From contig OZ024740.1 of the NCBI GenBank assembly GCA_964016885.1, positions 214,148,001 through 214,212,000 on the forward strand: a stretch of DNA of 64,000 bases, in the 5' to 3' direction. Positions 11,891 through 25,356 of the stretch are shown here, in pieces; positions within the stretch are counted from its first letter, which is position 1, and every line of letters starts with the position of its first letter. The position numbers and the translations under genes are program-made. Under the pieces are notes generated by a model. The model saw only the letters and a list, made by a program, of their open reading frames with translations, ran no database searches and had not been told where the DNA came from. The DNA is from Eledone cirrhosa (lineage: Eukaryota).

Positions 11891-13474
11891 TAAATATAAA
11901 TTTAAAATGTAGTATAATTAATTAAGTAATTTGGTTAATATATGAAACCTGTCGATAAATCATTAGATTCCTTCATCTTTTTCATTTTCTTTGGTTTAGT
12001 ACTCAAGTATAAATTTTCTTCTTAAATATAAATATAAATCTAATAAACTATTCTAGAAAAGTTTATCCTTTCAATATCTTGAATAAAATATACGTAAGAT
12101 AAATCTCTATACTAAATATATTAAACATATTATTTTAGCTTAAAATATTCTATAATATTTTAAAATATTTTAATATTTTGATATATGTAGAATCCTTGTT
12201 TTTTAAGTTATATTGATATAATATTTTATTTATTTTTCATTAGGTTTGTTTTTATTCTGATAGCTTCTCATAATTTTCAAAAGTTTATCCTTTCAATATC
12301 TTGATTAAAATATACGTAAGATAAATTTCTATACTAAATCTATTAAACCTATTATTTTAGCTTAAAATATTCTATAATACTTTAAAATATTTTAATATTT
12401 TGATATTTGTAGAATTCGTTTGCCTTTTAAGTTAGATTGATATAATTATATTTCCAAAATATAATCCTTTTGTATTTTATATACTCAATTGTACTATGTA
12501 ATATATTGATGTGTACTTATCTCTATACGATTATGTATCTATATATGTGTATTAACATACATATATATGTGTTATATGCTTTTTTATGAGTATATGTCTG
12601 TCTGTATATATGCATGAGTGACACGTGTCTACCAATTGGGTGAAGATGCACACACATATTTATATATGTATAGCTAAGAATTGTGTGTGTGCATGCTTAC
12701 CCATGCAGTTTTGATTGCAGATATGCATAATTTAACAGCCATAAATGCATGAAAGTTAATCCTATATATTGATATATATATACTAAACATTTTTATTTAA
12801 TAACACAAGGAATGTATAGCAGTAATAAAAAATCCCTTATGCTTTGTATGTATATGTTATATGCGGGAGTGGATATAATGTGTATTTTCCGAGTGTGTGT
12901 GTATATATATATTTATGTATCTTTGCCTATGTGTACGTGATATACGATAGGTAATTTCTCTAGCAATATATATATTTGGTAATGTTTAAATTCCAATTTT
13001 TAATATATTGATCTCAATTTTTAAACTAAATATCTAATCATAATTAAACAATGATTAATTTCTCATATTATATATGTATATTACATTCATGAATATTAAT
13101 ATTTCTAATTTTATTTATTCATTTCATCTCAAATGTTAACTCAACTTAATATGACATGACTTAAGGTTTTCGTTCTCTCCCCCTCTCTCTATCTCTATAT
13201 TTCTCTCTCTTGAGTTTTTTCTCTCTGCCTGGTGGTTTGATATCTCTCTGTTGTTTTCCTCTGTTTTCTTTTTTTCTTTTTTCTTTCTTCTTTTTTCTTT
13301 ATTTATCTCTCCCTTTCTTTTCTCCACGTTTCTCTCTATCTCTCCGTCTTTTTAATTAATCTTAACACAACAACTTACTAAAATAAACAAACCACTATCC
13401 TGATGTCGTCCAAAAGTAATGGTCGCATTTTGAAAGGGTATGTCAATGTTTATTTATAAAACTGGTATATATTG

Positions 13475-13539
13475 TATTTTGTCTGATGAAGGCATACCAT
13501 AATTTAACTTGGTATCCTTGAAATATGTATAATGAAATA
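13475..13539 (+). ncRNA. Type I hammerhead ribozyme (B2)
   Basis: TATTTTGT-CTGATGA-AGGcATACCA-loop-TGGTATcCTT-GAAA-TATGTA-TA/ATGAAATA. Stem I is 8 bp with two G.U pairs. Stem III is a quasi-palindrome, ATATGTAT. Confidence 0.72.
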
Positions 13540-13578
13540 AATATGGTTTTATAAATATAGTTTCCATTTGTTAATATC

Positions 13579-13649
<71 letters not shown>

Positions 13650-13809
13650 AAAGAATAGAGGTGTAACACACAAGTTATTATATATTGGTAAACGGAATAG
13701 AAAATGCTGACAAATTGTTCACAGTTGAAAAATGGTTTAATTAGGAATAAAAGAGTATTAGTGATTGTATGGGTTAGTATTCAGTTGTGGTTTTAAGTTT
13801 TTAAGTTTT

Positions 13810-14667
13810 TACCTCCCCTTCAACTCTTGCCACCCTAGACACGTTAAAATTAATATTCCCTACAACTTAGCCAAGAGAATCTGTACTATAGTCTCCAATA
13901 AAAACATCTGCTACTTACGGCTACAAGAACTAAGGGACACACTCATAGGCAGAGACTACCCTGCATCACTAATTGACAATGGAATCCAACGTGCCCTAAA
14001 ACTCAGTACCCAGGACCTTAGACACCCTAAAGTAAATCAACCAAAACTAAAAGCTCTTCCATACATCTCCACACACAACCCCCTCAACAATGAGGCCTTT
14101 GACACCATCCTCCTGAACATCCCTGTATTGAAAAAGGACCATAGAATGAACCAAATTCTACGAACACACGATATCATAAAGAGCAAAAGACAATCCAAGT
14201 CAATGAAAAACATCTTAACACATGCCAAAGTACTGCCAACCACAACAACGAAACCCACAGTAAAAAAATGCGATAGACCCAACTGTGGCATTTGCATCAA
14301 CCTAATAGAGGGTTCGGAATTCTATTTCAAAGATGGACAACGTTTTATAGTAAAACACAATTTCACATGTGCATCGGAAAATCTAATATATGTATTAACT
14401 TGTTCAGGTTGTCGAAAACAATACATAGGCCAGACCAAAAACAGCCTCCGCCAACGCATGACTGTCCATAGATCCCAAATCAAAATACGGGAATACAGGA
14501 AAATACCACTGAGTGAACACATTGATACCTGTGCCGCCCAAAATCATCCCAACTTCAGAATCTTTCCCCTCTACAAATTTAAAGATAATGCCACCCACAC
14601 CCAGCGCATCAGCAAGGAATCTTACTTCATTAACAAATACGGACCCCGTCTAAACACTTCTCCCTAA
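13810..14667 (+). pseudogene. C-terminal part of the PLE ORF: RT thumb, Cys linker, GIY-YIG; uninterrupted frame
   Basis: YLPFNSCHPRHVKINIPYNLAKRI...RDYP...KCDRPNCGIC...FTCASENLIYVLTCSGCRKQYIGQT..LRQRM..H...EH...KE..I..YGPRLN. The Cx4CxxC linker is typical of Neptune-type PLEs. Confidence 0.92.
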
Positions 14668-14985
14668 GACGAACCCACAACATACACACGTCAACATACA
14701 TACCTACATCAGCACACATCTCTACCCACATATAAACACAATGACATACGTAAACACACATGCTCTATGGTACAACACAAAAAAATATATGTGCATATAT
14801 ATATGTATATATGTATATATATATATATATATATATAGTGAATATATGTATGTGTATATGTATATAGTGAATATCATTTCACACCTTTTTTTGTTAAGAT
14901 TTTTGATGTTCTATTAAGAGAACCGATTTTACTGAAAAAATCGAATAATGTACACCATTTTACCAGGGGGGAAAAAAATACTGGT

Positions 14986-15038
<53 letters not shown>

Positions 15039-15221
15039 CACATACACATACACACGCGTACATCAACATACAAAGAGACTTATATATACACACACACACA
15101 CACACACGCACTTCTCCGTATAAGACAAAAGCTGAAAAATATCTTTTGACATGCTAAAATACCCCCCATTGCTTTCAGACACATTCTTACTGACCATCCC
15201 TGCCACCACAAATTACTCTGC

Positions 15222-15294
<73 letters not shown>

Positions 15295-15378
15295 ATCTTA
15301 ATAGCCATTTGACACACATCGCTGCTAACCATTATCACAACATCGAACACCTTACTACTACTACTACTACTACTACTA

Positions 15379-15444
<66 letters not shown>

Positions 15445-15748
15445 TTGTTGTGAAAGAGTCATTTCTCAATCTTGGCGCAAAACCAATTTTTTATTCACAT
15501 GACCTCTACCGACCAATCAAAATTGTTTTGACCACAAGAATTTTTGCTGGAGCCACTTTTTTAACATAAAAACAGTCTTGGCGCAAAATCAATTTTTTAC
15601 ATTCACACGACCTCTACCGACCAATCAAAATTGTTTTGACCACAAGAATTTTTGCAAATTGGAGCCACTTTTTTAACATAAAAACAGGTAGAATTCCCAA
15701 AACTAATCAGATCAGAGCAAACAGCACGGACACTCTATCTCAAAATTA

Positions 15749-15785
15749 TTTTTGAAAAGCATTTAGAAATGCGCAACCGGTAAAA
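15749..15785 (+). ncRNA. Minimal hammerhead ribozyme, U3-A8 core variant (family C)
   Basis: TTT-TTGAAAA-GCATTT-ag-AAATGC-GCAA-CCGG-TA/AAA. This copy has GCAA in place of GAAA. Related to 37111-37146. Confidence 0.65.
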
Positions 15786-15903
15786 ACTTAAAAACTTAAA
15801 ACCACAACTGAATACTAACCCATACAATCACTAATACTCTTTTATTCCTAATTAAACCATTTTTCAACTGTGAACAATTTGTCAGCATTTTCTATTCCGT
15901 TTA

Positions 15904-15975
<72 letters not shown>

Positions 15976-16324
15976 GACAATAAGAATTGCAACTTTTTGT
16001 AAGCCTCATGCAAACTACAACCGCCTTAAGCCTGGAGCACAACCCAACGAGAGACGGACCCAGTAACAGCATCGAGTGCTTCGACTAGCGTTGCCGCTAG
16101 AAATCACATTGTAATAACCTATACACTTAATAACCTATACACACACACACAGATATATATATATATTATATTATATATTATATATATATACGTAATATAT
16201 TTAGGTCCGACGAACTTTTGATTCCAGAGTCAGGCTAGATCGAACATTGAGCTGATCAATAGCGAAACGCGCATTGCTACTCAATAAACGCAATGAAGAC
16301 ATAACAAATCGTCCTTATTATTAA

Positions 16325-16520
16325 GGGCGGTGGATTGGCAGTATCGGTAGAGGGTCGGACGCCATGCTTTCCAGCATAGTTACGTCCCTTTACGATCTGA
16401 GTTCAAATCCCGCCGAGGTTGACTTTGCCTTTCATCCTTACGGGGGTCGATAAAATAAAGTACCAGTAATGCACTGAGTAATTGCTGGCCTTGTGCCTAA
16501 AGTAGAAACAATTATTAATA
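16325..16520 (+). mobile_element. tRNA-derived SINE
   Basis: Same family as 4737-4886, with B box GAGTTCAAATCCC and an (ATT)n tail. Confidence 0.85.
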
Positions 16521-16591
16521 TTATTATTGTATATATATATATATATATATATATTAAAATAACAGATTATAGTTTAAGCAAATATATATAT

Positions 16592-16748
16592 ATAGGAAAA
16601 GAGTCAGGACCCCGACGGCTAGCTGTCGAAACGGCTGGAGCTCAGCCGTCGGAGTCCTGACTCTTTTTCTATTACCCAATCTACTACCCTAAGTATCGAG
16701 TACTCTGGTGTGTTATGGTCCACCTGGTTCCTTACCACACTTGCTTCG

Positions 16749-16795
<47 letters not shown>

Positions 16796-16985
16796 GAAGG
16801 AAATGTGGTAAGGAACCAGGTGGACCATAACACACCAGAGTACTCGATACTTAGGGTAGTAGAGTGGGTAATAGGAACGAGTAGGACCCTGACGGCTGAG
16901 CTCAAGCCGTTTCGACGGCTAATTCTGGACGAATTAGCCGTCGAAACGGCTTGAGCTCAGCCGTCGGGGTCCTACTCGTTCCTAT
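16592..16985. mobile_element. Two family E fold-back mini-elements, tail-to-tail across (TA)n
   Basis: E1 is 16592-16750 and E2 is 16794-16985. Each has a long arm plus a short inverted arm. The long arms carry the 3' half of an HHR (GAAAC-GGCT-(T/G)GAGCTC-AGCC-GTC). Confidence 0.75.
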
Positions 16986-17872
16986 ATATATATATATAAC
17001 TTTGATAGGTTTCGGCCAGTATTGGCCCAAGCCATGTCTAACTTAATAGCACCACCTAGTAGTTATCTTTTTATATAAAATACCATAGAGTTCACATTGA
17101 CGTCTATCATTATTACTCACTGATTGCATTTTGAATTGCCTAGTCAGCTTACGATAATGTAGTTCGATAAGCTAATTAGCAGCCACATCTTTAAATTTCA
17201 TTTTAACGTCAACGATAATATGGAGCTAGGTAACAATACCAAAGCCAGCTTCATACACAGGAAACAATTTTGGGAAATTAGTTGTGACGTCAACTTTATT
17301 CTTCTAGATAAGTCTTAACTTCTCGAAAGATGTATGTCCACTGTTCCACTGTTGGATTTCATTATTGTTTAAGACCCACAATTTCCCTTGAATATTGGCA
17401 AAGAGGAGGAAATAAATTACAGAGCAACATCTAGACGTAATGTCACTGCACTCCCATATTTCCGGTTAATTTGGCAAGGGAAGTAAATCATATGATGAGG
17501 CTTAAAGGGGATGCTGCTCTAGTGCCACTACTTCCGGTGAATGTAGATAGAGGAGGTAAATAAGTTATTTAACATCTACAGGAAATGTAATCTGGCTGGT
17601 TCTATCTTCTATAAGAGGCTTCACGCAAACTTTCTTAGTCTGTCTCCAATGTCATCCATGTTGTTGGACGTCATTAACCGACAGCTTATATGATTACAAT
17701 AAGGGAACGCTAGAGATTACATGACGTCCATACTATGTCAAGTCAGTGAATTATGTCAAGTGAAATACTCACAGCAGGGTTTGAAACTGGGTCACCTTCT
17801 TCGTTCAGTGGGGGGGGGGGGGGGGGGGCTACACTTTTCTACACAACAATAAACACGCAATTGAGAAATTAA

Positions 17873-17959
17873 ACTTCTTCTTCTTCGTCTTCTTCTTCTT
17901 CTTCTTCTTCTTCTTCTTCTTCTTCTTCTTCTTCTTCTTCTTCTTCTTCTTCTTCTTCT

Positions 17960-18039
<80 letters not shown>

Positions 18040-18057
18040 TTCTTCTTCTTCTTCTTC
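17873..18057. repeat. (CTT)n-(CGT)n-(CTT)n compound microsatellite
   Basis: Read directly. Confidence 0.95.
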
Positions 18058-18285
18058 TCCCCCACATCTCCTCACCTCTCCCCCTCCCCCTTCCCCTAAC
18101 ACCCATCTCCGCCATCTTTACAAGACGTCAGTATTTACCGTAGATTTTATTATTGTTTCATCACAGAAGCACCTTTTAAACTGATTCTCGCAGAATTGAT
18201 CTTTTATCCTAACATCTTAATACCATTACTTAAATACCATTCCTTTTACTTACAGCCTCTCCTATCTTCTATTATCCCGTTACAC

Positions 18286-18738
18286 TTTGTTGTTGTTGTT
18301 CTTCTTCTTATGGCTGTTGTTGTTGTTGTTGTTGTTGTGGCTGTCTGTTGTTGTTGTTGTTGTTGTTGTTATGGCTGTTGTTGTTGTTGTTGTTGTTATG
18401 GTTGCTGGCGTTGTTGTTGTTGTTATGGCTGTTGTTGTTGTTGTTGTTGTTATGGTTGTTGTTGTTATGGCTGTTGTTGTTGTTATTGTTATGGCTGCTG
18501 GCGTTGTTGTTGTTGTTGTTGTTGTCATGACTGCTGTTGTTGTTGTTGTTATGGCTGCTGTTGTTGTTGTTGTTATGGCTGTTGTTGTTGTTGTTATGGC
18601 TGCTGGCGTTGTTGTTGTTGTTGTCATGACTGCTGTTGTTGTTGTTGTTATGGCTGCTGTTGTTGTTGTTATGGCTGTTGTTGTTGTTATGGCTGCTGCT
18701 GTTGTTGTTATGGCTGTTGTTGCTGTTATGGATGCTAC

Positions 18739-18778
<40 letters not shown>

Positions 18779-18821
18779 CTTCTTCTTCTTCTTCTTCTTC
18801 TTCTTCTTCTTCTTCTTCTTC
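18286..18821. repeat. (GTT)n array punctuated by ATGGCT, ending in (CTT)n
   Basis: Read directly. Confidence 0.95.
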
Positions 18822-19187
18822 TACACATCTTTCTTAATACTTTTATTTAAACATTGGTAAACAACGGGTTCATGTCACGAAGGCCAAAGTTGATAAGAAA
18901 CCCACACAATTCCGTTTAGGGCATTTATATATATATACACATACATATATATATATATGCATACATACATACATACATACATATATACATATATACATAT
19001 ATATATACACATTTTTTCCAACAAAAAGACTTTAAAACACTAACAGAACTAACTGAACAAAATAGTGGTAAAGCATTGAGAAAACATGCACACACATACT
19101 CATAAACACACATAAACACAAATATACACATACATACATACACGCACACACACACACAGAATGCTGTTGTGAAACAACGTTTTTGTT

Positions 19188-19765
19188 TGTGGTGTCGGTG
19201 GCGGTGGTGGTTATGGCGGTGGTGATGATGGTGGTGGTGAGTGTGTGTGGTGCTGGTGGTGGTTATAGCGGTGTTGGTGGTAGTGATGGTGGTGGTATGG
19301 TGGTAATGGTCGTTATGGTGGTTATGAAGGTGGTGGTGGAGATTATGGTGGTAGTGGTAGTGGTGGGGGTGTTGGTTATGATGGTAGTGGTGGTGGTGGG
19401 GGGGGGGGGGAATTATGGTGGTGGTGGTGCTGATGTTGTGTGTGTGTGGTGGTGGTGGTGGTGGCGGTGGTTAGGGTATTGGAGGCGCTGATGAGTGTGT
19501 GGCGATGGTAGTGGTGGTGGTGGTGGTGGCCGTGCTGATGTTGTCTGTGTGTGTGGTGGTGGTGGCGGTGCTGATGTTGTGTGTGTGGTGGTGGTGGTGG
19601 TGGTGGTGGTGGTTATGGTATTGGAGGCGCTGATGTTGTGTGTGTGGCGATGGTGGTGGTGGTGGTGGTGGTGGTGGTGGCGGTGCTGATGTTGTGTGTG
19701 TGGTGATGGTGGTAGTGGCAGCGGTGGTGGTGGCGGCAGTGGCGGTGCTGATGTTGTATGTGTGG
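19188..19765. repeat. Degenerate (GGT)n array with a GCTGATGTTGTGTGT higher-order unit
   Basis: Read directly. Confidence 0.9.
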
Positions 19766-19962
19766 GAGCTGTTATACACCGAACTACCGTCACCAGCGGC
19801 TGGAACCAATCGCTTGGTTAGATAGAAGGGTTTCTGCAATTGTATTCTGTCGGTAAGATCTAAGGGTGTGTGACGTGCGTTCAATAGGGTTGTCAACATT
19901 CTGTCATCTCACTTGCAACAACAGCAGCAGCAGCAGCAGAAGGGGAAAGGGTTAATGTAGAA

Positions 19963-20024
<62 letters not shown>

Positions 20025-20058
20025 TAGTGTGTGGGTGTGTGTGTGTGTGTGTGTGTGT

Positions 20059-20099
<41 letters not shown>

Positions 20100-20617
20100 A
20101 GTGTGAGAGAGAGAGACTTAGCAATAAGCAGACGAAGAGAATGAAAATGGAGTGAGGTCACAGATTTTACGCTGTAAAAACAACAATAATATTGATATAA
20201 AAAACAAGTTAAAAATACATTCTAGCATAAACAAATTCTAAAAAAAATGAGTAAACGTATTTTCATTTTTCTTTTATTTAATCTACCTTCATTTTTAAAG
20301 CAGTTTGTACACCGTTTGTCCAAATTGTTGCTGCTGTTGTTGTGGTGCCCTAACTGCCGCCATTCGGCAGCCGACAGCCAGCCACCACCATTGCCGATGA
20401 CTTTCTTCCTCTAACTAGCATGTATACATCGTTGGTGGGAAAATGACTTTGTTTTTGTTGAGACTCGTGTCGGCGTTCATGTCACCTTAAGCTAATTTCC
20501 TAGCTATGAACGGTCACCCATTCCCACCCCTCCACGAAAAAACACAGAAAGATAGATGGATAAATAATGTAAGATAAGAGATCCAGAGAAACTGACTGAC
20601 ATGCAGATAAATAGATG

Positions 20618-21044
20618 ATGTATGTATGAATGTATGTATGGTTGTATGTGTGTATGTATGTATATATGTATGTATAAATGTATGCATGGTTGTATGTATG
20701 TATGTATGTATGTATGTATGTATGTATGTATGTATGTATGGTTGTATGTATGGTATGGTTGTATGTATGTATGTATGTATGTATGTATGTATGTATGTAT
20801 GTATGTATGTATGTATGTATATGCGTATGTGTGTATGTATGTGTGTGTGTATATGTATGTACGTATGTATACTTGTATGCATGTATGTATGTATGTGTAT
20901 ATATGTATCTATGTATGGTTGTATGTATGTATGTATGTATGTATGTATGAATGTATGGATGTATGTAGACATACATACTTATAGAAAAATAGATAGATAA
21001 ATAGATGGAGAGGTATGTAGATAGAATGATAGATAGATAGACTG

Positions 21045-21113
<69 letters not shown>

Positions 21114-21336
21114 TGGGTGGGGAATAGCTAGTTAGAGATAGGTAGATAGATAGATAGACTGATATATATATATATATAGAGAGAGAGAGATGGGTGGGGG
21201 ATAGCTAGTTAGAGATAGGTAGATAGACTGATATATATATAGATATAGATATATATATATATATAGAGAGAGAGATAAAGAGAGAAAGAGATGGGGGATA
21301 GCTAGCTATAGATAGATAGATAGATAGATAGACTGA

Positions 21337-21400
<64 letters not shown>

Positions 21401-21537
21401 TGGGGGGGGGGTGATAGCTAGCTAGAGATAGGTAGATAGATATATAGATAGATAGGTAAAGAGGAACCTATGGATGTATCCGTGCAATAAGCACAAATGC
21501 TCTCTCTCACTCTCGCTTTTCCTCTTTCTCTCCTTCT

Positions 21538-21601
<64 letters not shown>

Positions 21602-21625
21602 ACCTATCTATCTACCTATCTATCT
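20618..21625. repeat. (TATG)n followed by (GATA)n/(TA)n/(GA)n/(CT)n compound repeats
   Basis: Read directly. Confidence 0.92.
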
Positions 21626-21699
21626 ACCTACCTATCTATCTACGCTGTCAATGTGATTTTAAGGAAATTCTCGGATCATGCTCTCAAAACATCCAGACT

Positions 21700-23050
21700 C
21701 AAAAGACGAACTACCATTATAATAAGAGAAATAAAACTGTATTGTTCTAACCTTTCTAGGGAAATGACAATAATTACCTCCCTTGCTCTTCAAACAGAAG
21801 TGATTCCTTATTACCTTTTTAATTTAATTTTAAAATTCTTTAAATATATTTGGCCGAGTGTTCATTCTTCTAAGACCTTGATTAATTCATTTCTGAGTTC
21901 CCATATTATTTCTAGTAATAAACAGTTTTGTTAATAACCTAATTCATACACTCTTTGCTTTCATATTTTGCAACAGTTTATTAACAAGAATGTTTCAAAT
22001 CATGCTAACGTATATGGTAAGATGGCTAAATTAGTCATGAAAATGTATAGCAAAGTCTATTTTAAATCATCAAGACCATTATATATGTCTTTAAACTTAT
22101 ACCAGAATTCAGAAGTATTTTTTTCTAGAGATCGATAAATTGTCTGCTGTAAAACAATAACTCCTCCATTGAACATGGAGATCATCTAGTTTGCTGTCTG
22201 GTTCAATGGACGGGAAATAGACAGCTAACAGAATGATAAATGTAGGAGATTTACAAAAATCATGTGCTACCATTGTGTCTAATGCATTTAGTTTAGGAAT
22301 AATTCCGTCTTGAAAGTAAATAACTTTCTTAATTTAATAAAATTTCTACTGGGAATTTCACACCATCAGTTTTGAAATCTTCTAAAATTGACAATTATAG
22401 ATATATTTATATATTTTAACTGCTGGTCAATCAATGATAAACATTGATTGCAAGCTAAATTATTTATATAAATATACTGAAGTGAAAATCAAACCAAACA
22501 GTGAGTGTGTTTTACTATTTTGGGGTATATTAGGACAGCATGACTCTCCCCAAATATAACAATGATGATTTAATGTTTTTGAGTAACACATTTTCAATAA
22601 AGAAACTCAAGAGATGTTTGTATTCAGATGATATAGAGGAAATGCAACATGTAATTCTGAGATAGGGATTTTCAAAAATCAATAAATTCACTTTCTGAAG
22701 CAAAAATAACAAATGCTTGGTTCCGTGATTGCTTAATATGTCCTAAATTTCTGACGTCATCAGTTTTTTCAACTTTCGATTCCCTTTGGGTATAAAGAAG
22801 TAAAACATCAAATAGTTTTGATATCACTGTAATAACTCTTTCTTGAGAAAACCACTATACTTGTGCAACCCTAGGTTTAGTTTTAATATCACTGTAATAA
22901 CTCTTTCTTGAGAAAACCACTATACTTGTGCAATTCTAGGTATTTTGTAGCAAGTTCTTGCTAATATTTCTTGAAAATCTATGTTATATCTCGTCGTCTA
23001 TTGTTTATTAACGTAAGCTGTTACGTTTTTTTAAAGTCTCTAATGCAAAG
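21700..23050 (-). mobile_element. Possible heavily decayed LINE relic
   Basis: Minus-strand remnant LLYPKG...DDVRNL around 22740-22810 resembles the LIPK..D..N.RPI motif of LINE RTs. There is a ~63-bp tandem duplication at 22822-22940. Confidence 0.25.
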
Positions 23051-23177
23051 AGCAAAAGAAAGATAGATGCATTCCTTAATAGAAGGCACATCATGTTTTG
23101 TTAATTTCTCGAACTTCTGGTGCCCATCTTAGAAGGATAACTAGCGCTTGTGAATCTAATTATATTTTCTAAAATAA

Positions 23178-23364
23178 TTGTTTCTACTTTTGGCACAAGG
23201 CCAGCAATTACCTAGTGCATTACTGGTACTTTATTTTATCGATCCCGTAAGGTGGAAAGGCAAAGTTAACCTCGGCGGGATTTGAACTCAGAATGACAAG
23301 GGCCGTAACTCTATGCGTCAAAGCATGGCGTCCGACCCTCTACCGATAATGCCAATCCACCGCT
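23178..23364 (-). mobile_element. tRNA-derived SINE
   Basis: Reverse complement of the 16325 family (GGCAAAGTTAACCTCGGCGGGATTTGAACTCAGAA). Confidence 0.85.
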
Positions 23365-24223
23365 CTAAAATAATGCGGTCTTAACACTAATGTAAAGATG
23401 AAGAACTGTACCATTTCAACAACTACCGTATCTAACATCACGTTTACAACATAATGTTTATTTAAATGAAAACCTCTCAGAACTATAGTCCAAACTTTGG
23501 TCTATTTTTATGAAGTGTGATAGAAAACGTTTGTGACTTCTAAATATTCATCACTATTTTTTTCATGAAAGGCTCCATCGATCCTGAAAGGCAAACAAAA
23601 ATGTTATTCTTTTCTTTGGTAATCTTGCAGTAATCTTACTGCTTGGGAATTCTTACTTACTGCCTAAAAGACAATCAATGTTTGTAAAGAAAATGTTATA
23701 TTTAGTAAAATAGCCAACAATTCACTTTTGCTTGTTTGTTCATTCTGTTGACTTCTTCGCCATGGATTGTGTAATATCAATACTTTACAGCTGTTTTGGA
23801 TTCCATTAACATGGATTTATTTGCCTTTCTTAGATTAAACCTACACCCTTACATTAGCTAGCTTCTTTAAAGCCTTTATCTCTTTCTTTAAAGACATTCT
23901 TCCTTAAATAACTACATATACCATTTTGTTTTTCTTTAGTATGATCTTCCATTTCATCACTCACAATGGTAGCAGTCAAAAGTAAGTACTGGTAACATGG
24001 GACACTCATACATATGTCATGACGCTCAACTAATAGCAAGCTAGGTGGCGTGTCAGTTTAGTCATCAACCACCCGACTCCCTAACCCTAACCCTAAACCG
24101 TACTAGGTGAGGAACCCTGAAGATTGTACTAGGTTACGTCTTACCAGTTATATGTAGATTATTTAGGAATGGCATCAAAAATAAGAACTCAATGCTCCTA
24201 CTTAAAGCAGAACCTCGTCCCCC

Positions 24224-24285
<62 letters not shown>

Positions 24286-24432
24286 CACACAAAATATATT
24301 ATCTATAACATGTTTGCAATAATATGTTATCAACAAAAATAATACTGTAAATAGAAGAGGGCAAGGGTAGCTGACATTTTACAAAAAAAACAACAACAAG
24401 AAGAATATCAGTTGTGCTATATATTCACTATA

Positions 24433-24627
24433 CGAGAGTCGGCTGAAAAGTTTATAGGCTGACCAAGATACTCTCATAGAATGACCAAATGAGGCTTATG
24501 TTTTAACATAGTCACTAGAAAGAAATAATGTAGTTATTAATAAGAGTTGCAATTAATACACGTAATATTTCACAGCTCTAACATCACTCCTTCATAGTCA
24601 GCCTACGAACCTTTCAGCCGACCCTTA
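24433..24627. mobile_element. mariner-like MITE
   Basis: ~31-bp TIRs, CGAGAGTCGGCTGAAAAGTTTATAGGCTGAC and GTCAGCCTACGAACCTTTCAGCCGACCCTTA, with TA on both flanks. Confidence 0.75.
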
Positions 24628-24782
24628 TATGTATATTTCTATTTTTCAATCAACTCAGAAAAGTCTGTCCTTTCCAAATAAAGATGATCAAAATATAAAC
24701 AAGATTAGCTGTCTTGTGAAACATTGGGAAATAAAAAAAAAAATTGCAAATTTGGTTGACACAATGCGGATAACTATAATAA

Positions 24783-24968
24783 TTATTTCTATTTTTGGCA
24801 CAAGGCCAGAAATTATGCCAGTGCATTACTGGTACTTTATTTCATCGACCCCGTAAGGATGAAAGGCAAAGTTAACCTCGGCGGGATTTGAACTCAGAAC
24901 GCAAATGCCCATAACTCTATGGTGTAAAGCATGGTGTCTGACGCTATACCGATACTGCCAACTCACCG
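24783..24968 (-). mobile_element. tRNA-derived SINE
   Basis: Same diagnostic core as the other copies. Confidence 0.8.
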
Positions 24969-25114
24969 GATAACTATAATAATAGTTGATAAATATAAAT
25001 AATAGTGTGTGTTTTATCCAACCCTTGTATGTGAGTTACTGAAAACATTCTGAATATAAAAAAGTAAGAAACACAGCTTCCCTTGTTTCTCCTTTTTTTA
25101 ATCGTTTTCTTATC

Positions 25115-25356
25115 CATAATCTGCCTCCCATTGGCCTCCAACATAATCTGCCTCCCATTAGCCTCCAACATAATCTGCCTCCCATTAGCCTCCAACATAA
25201 TCTGCCTCCCATTAGCCTCCAACATAATCTGCCTCCCATTAGCCTCCAACATAATTTGCCCCCCATTGGCCTCCAACATAATCTGCCTCCCATTGGCCTC
25301 CAATATAATCTGCCCCCCCATTGGCCTCCAATATAATCTGCCTCTTATTGGCCTCC
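25115..25356. repeat. 27-bp minisatellite, about 9 units
   Basis: CATAATCTGCCTCCCATTRGCCTCCAA repeated head-to-tail with no spacers. Confidence 0.95.

Larger units (their letters stand above)
7788..13585 (+). mobile_element. PLE family B2 with a ~2.43-kb inverted arm
   Basis: 7873-10304 is the reverse complement of 11160-13585. The + strand from 10304 encodes frameshifted RT/EN: KSDLGRLSK, FIQLDI, MGSSDSAQVTDIVG, GGLYRDD, VNFLDVTL, NILWFAPP, CNCRN..CPL, YVGST. (TA)n on both sides. Confidence 0.92.
13646..15911 (+). mobile_element. Neptune-type PLE (family C), 5'-truncated with short inverted arm
   Basis: 13680-13813 is the reverse complement of 15779-15911. Flanked by (TA)n. The 3' UTR holds (CA)n tracts and a ~120-bp tandem duplication (15455-15690). 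Confidence 0.9.

Noticed and set aside
16203-16290. Possible hammerhead (CCGACGA or CTGATCA ... GAAACGCG)
   Set aside because: I could not build stems I, II and III together with a valid core; at best it is a decayed relic.
17792-21000. Long poly-R, poly-C, poly-T, poly-V and YIHT ORFs
   Set aside because: They are translations of tri- and tetranucleotide microsatellites, open in several frames on both strands.
24081-24098. Telomeric (CCCTAA)n
   Set aside because: Under three units, interstitial, with no subtelomeric context.
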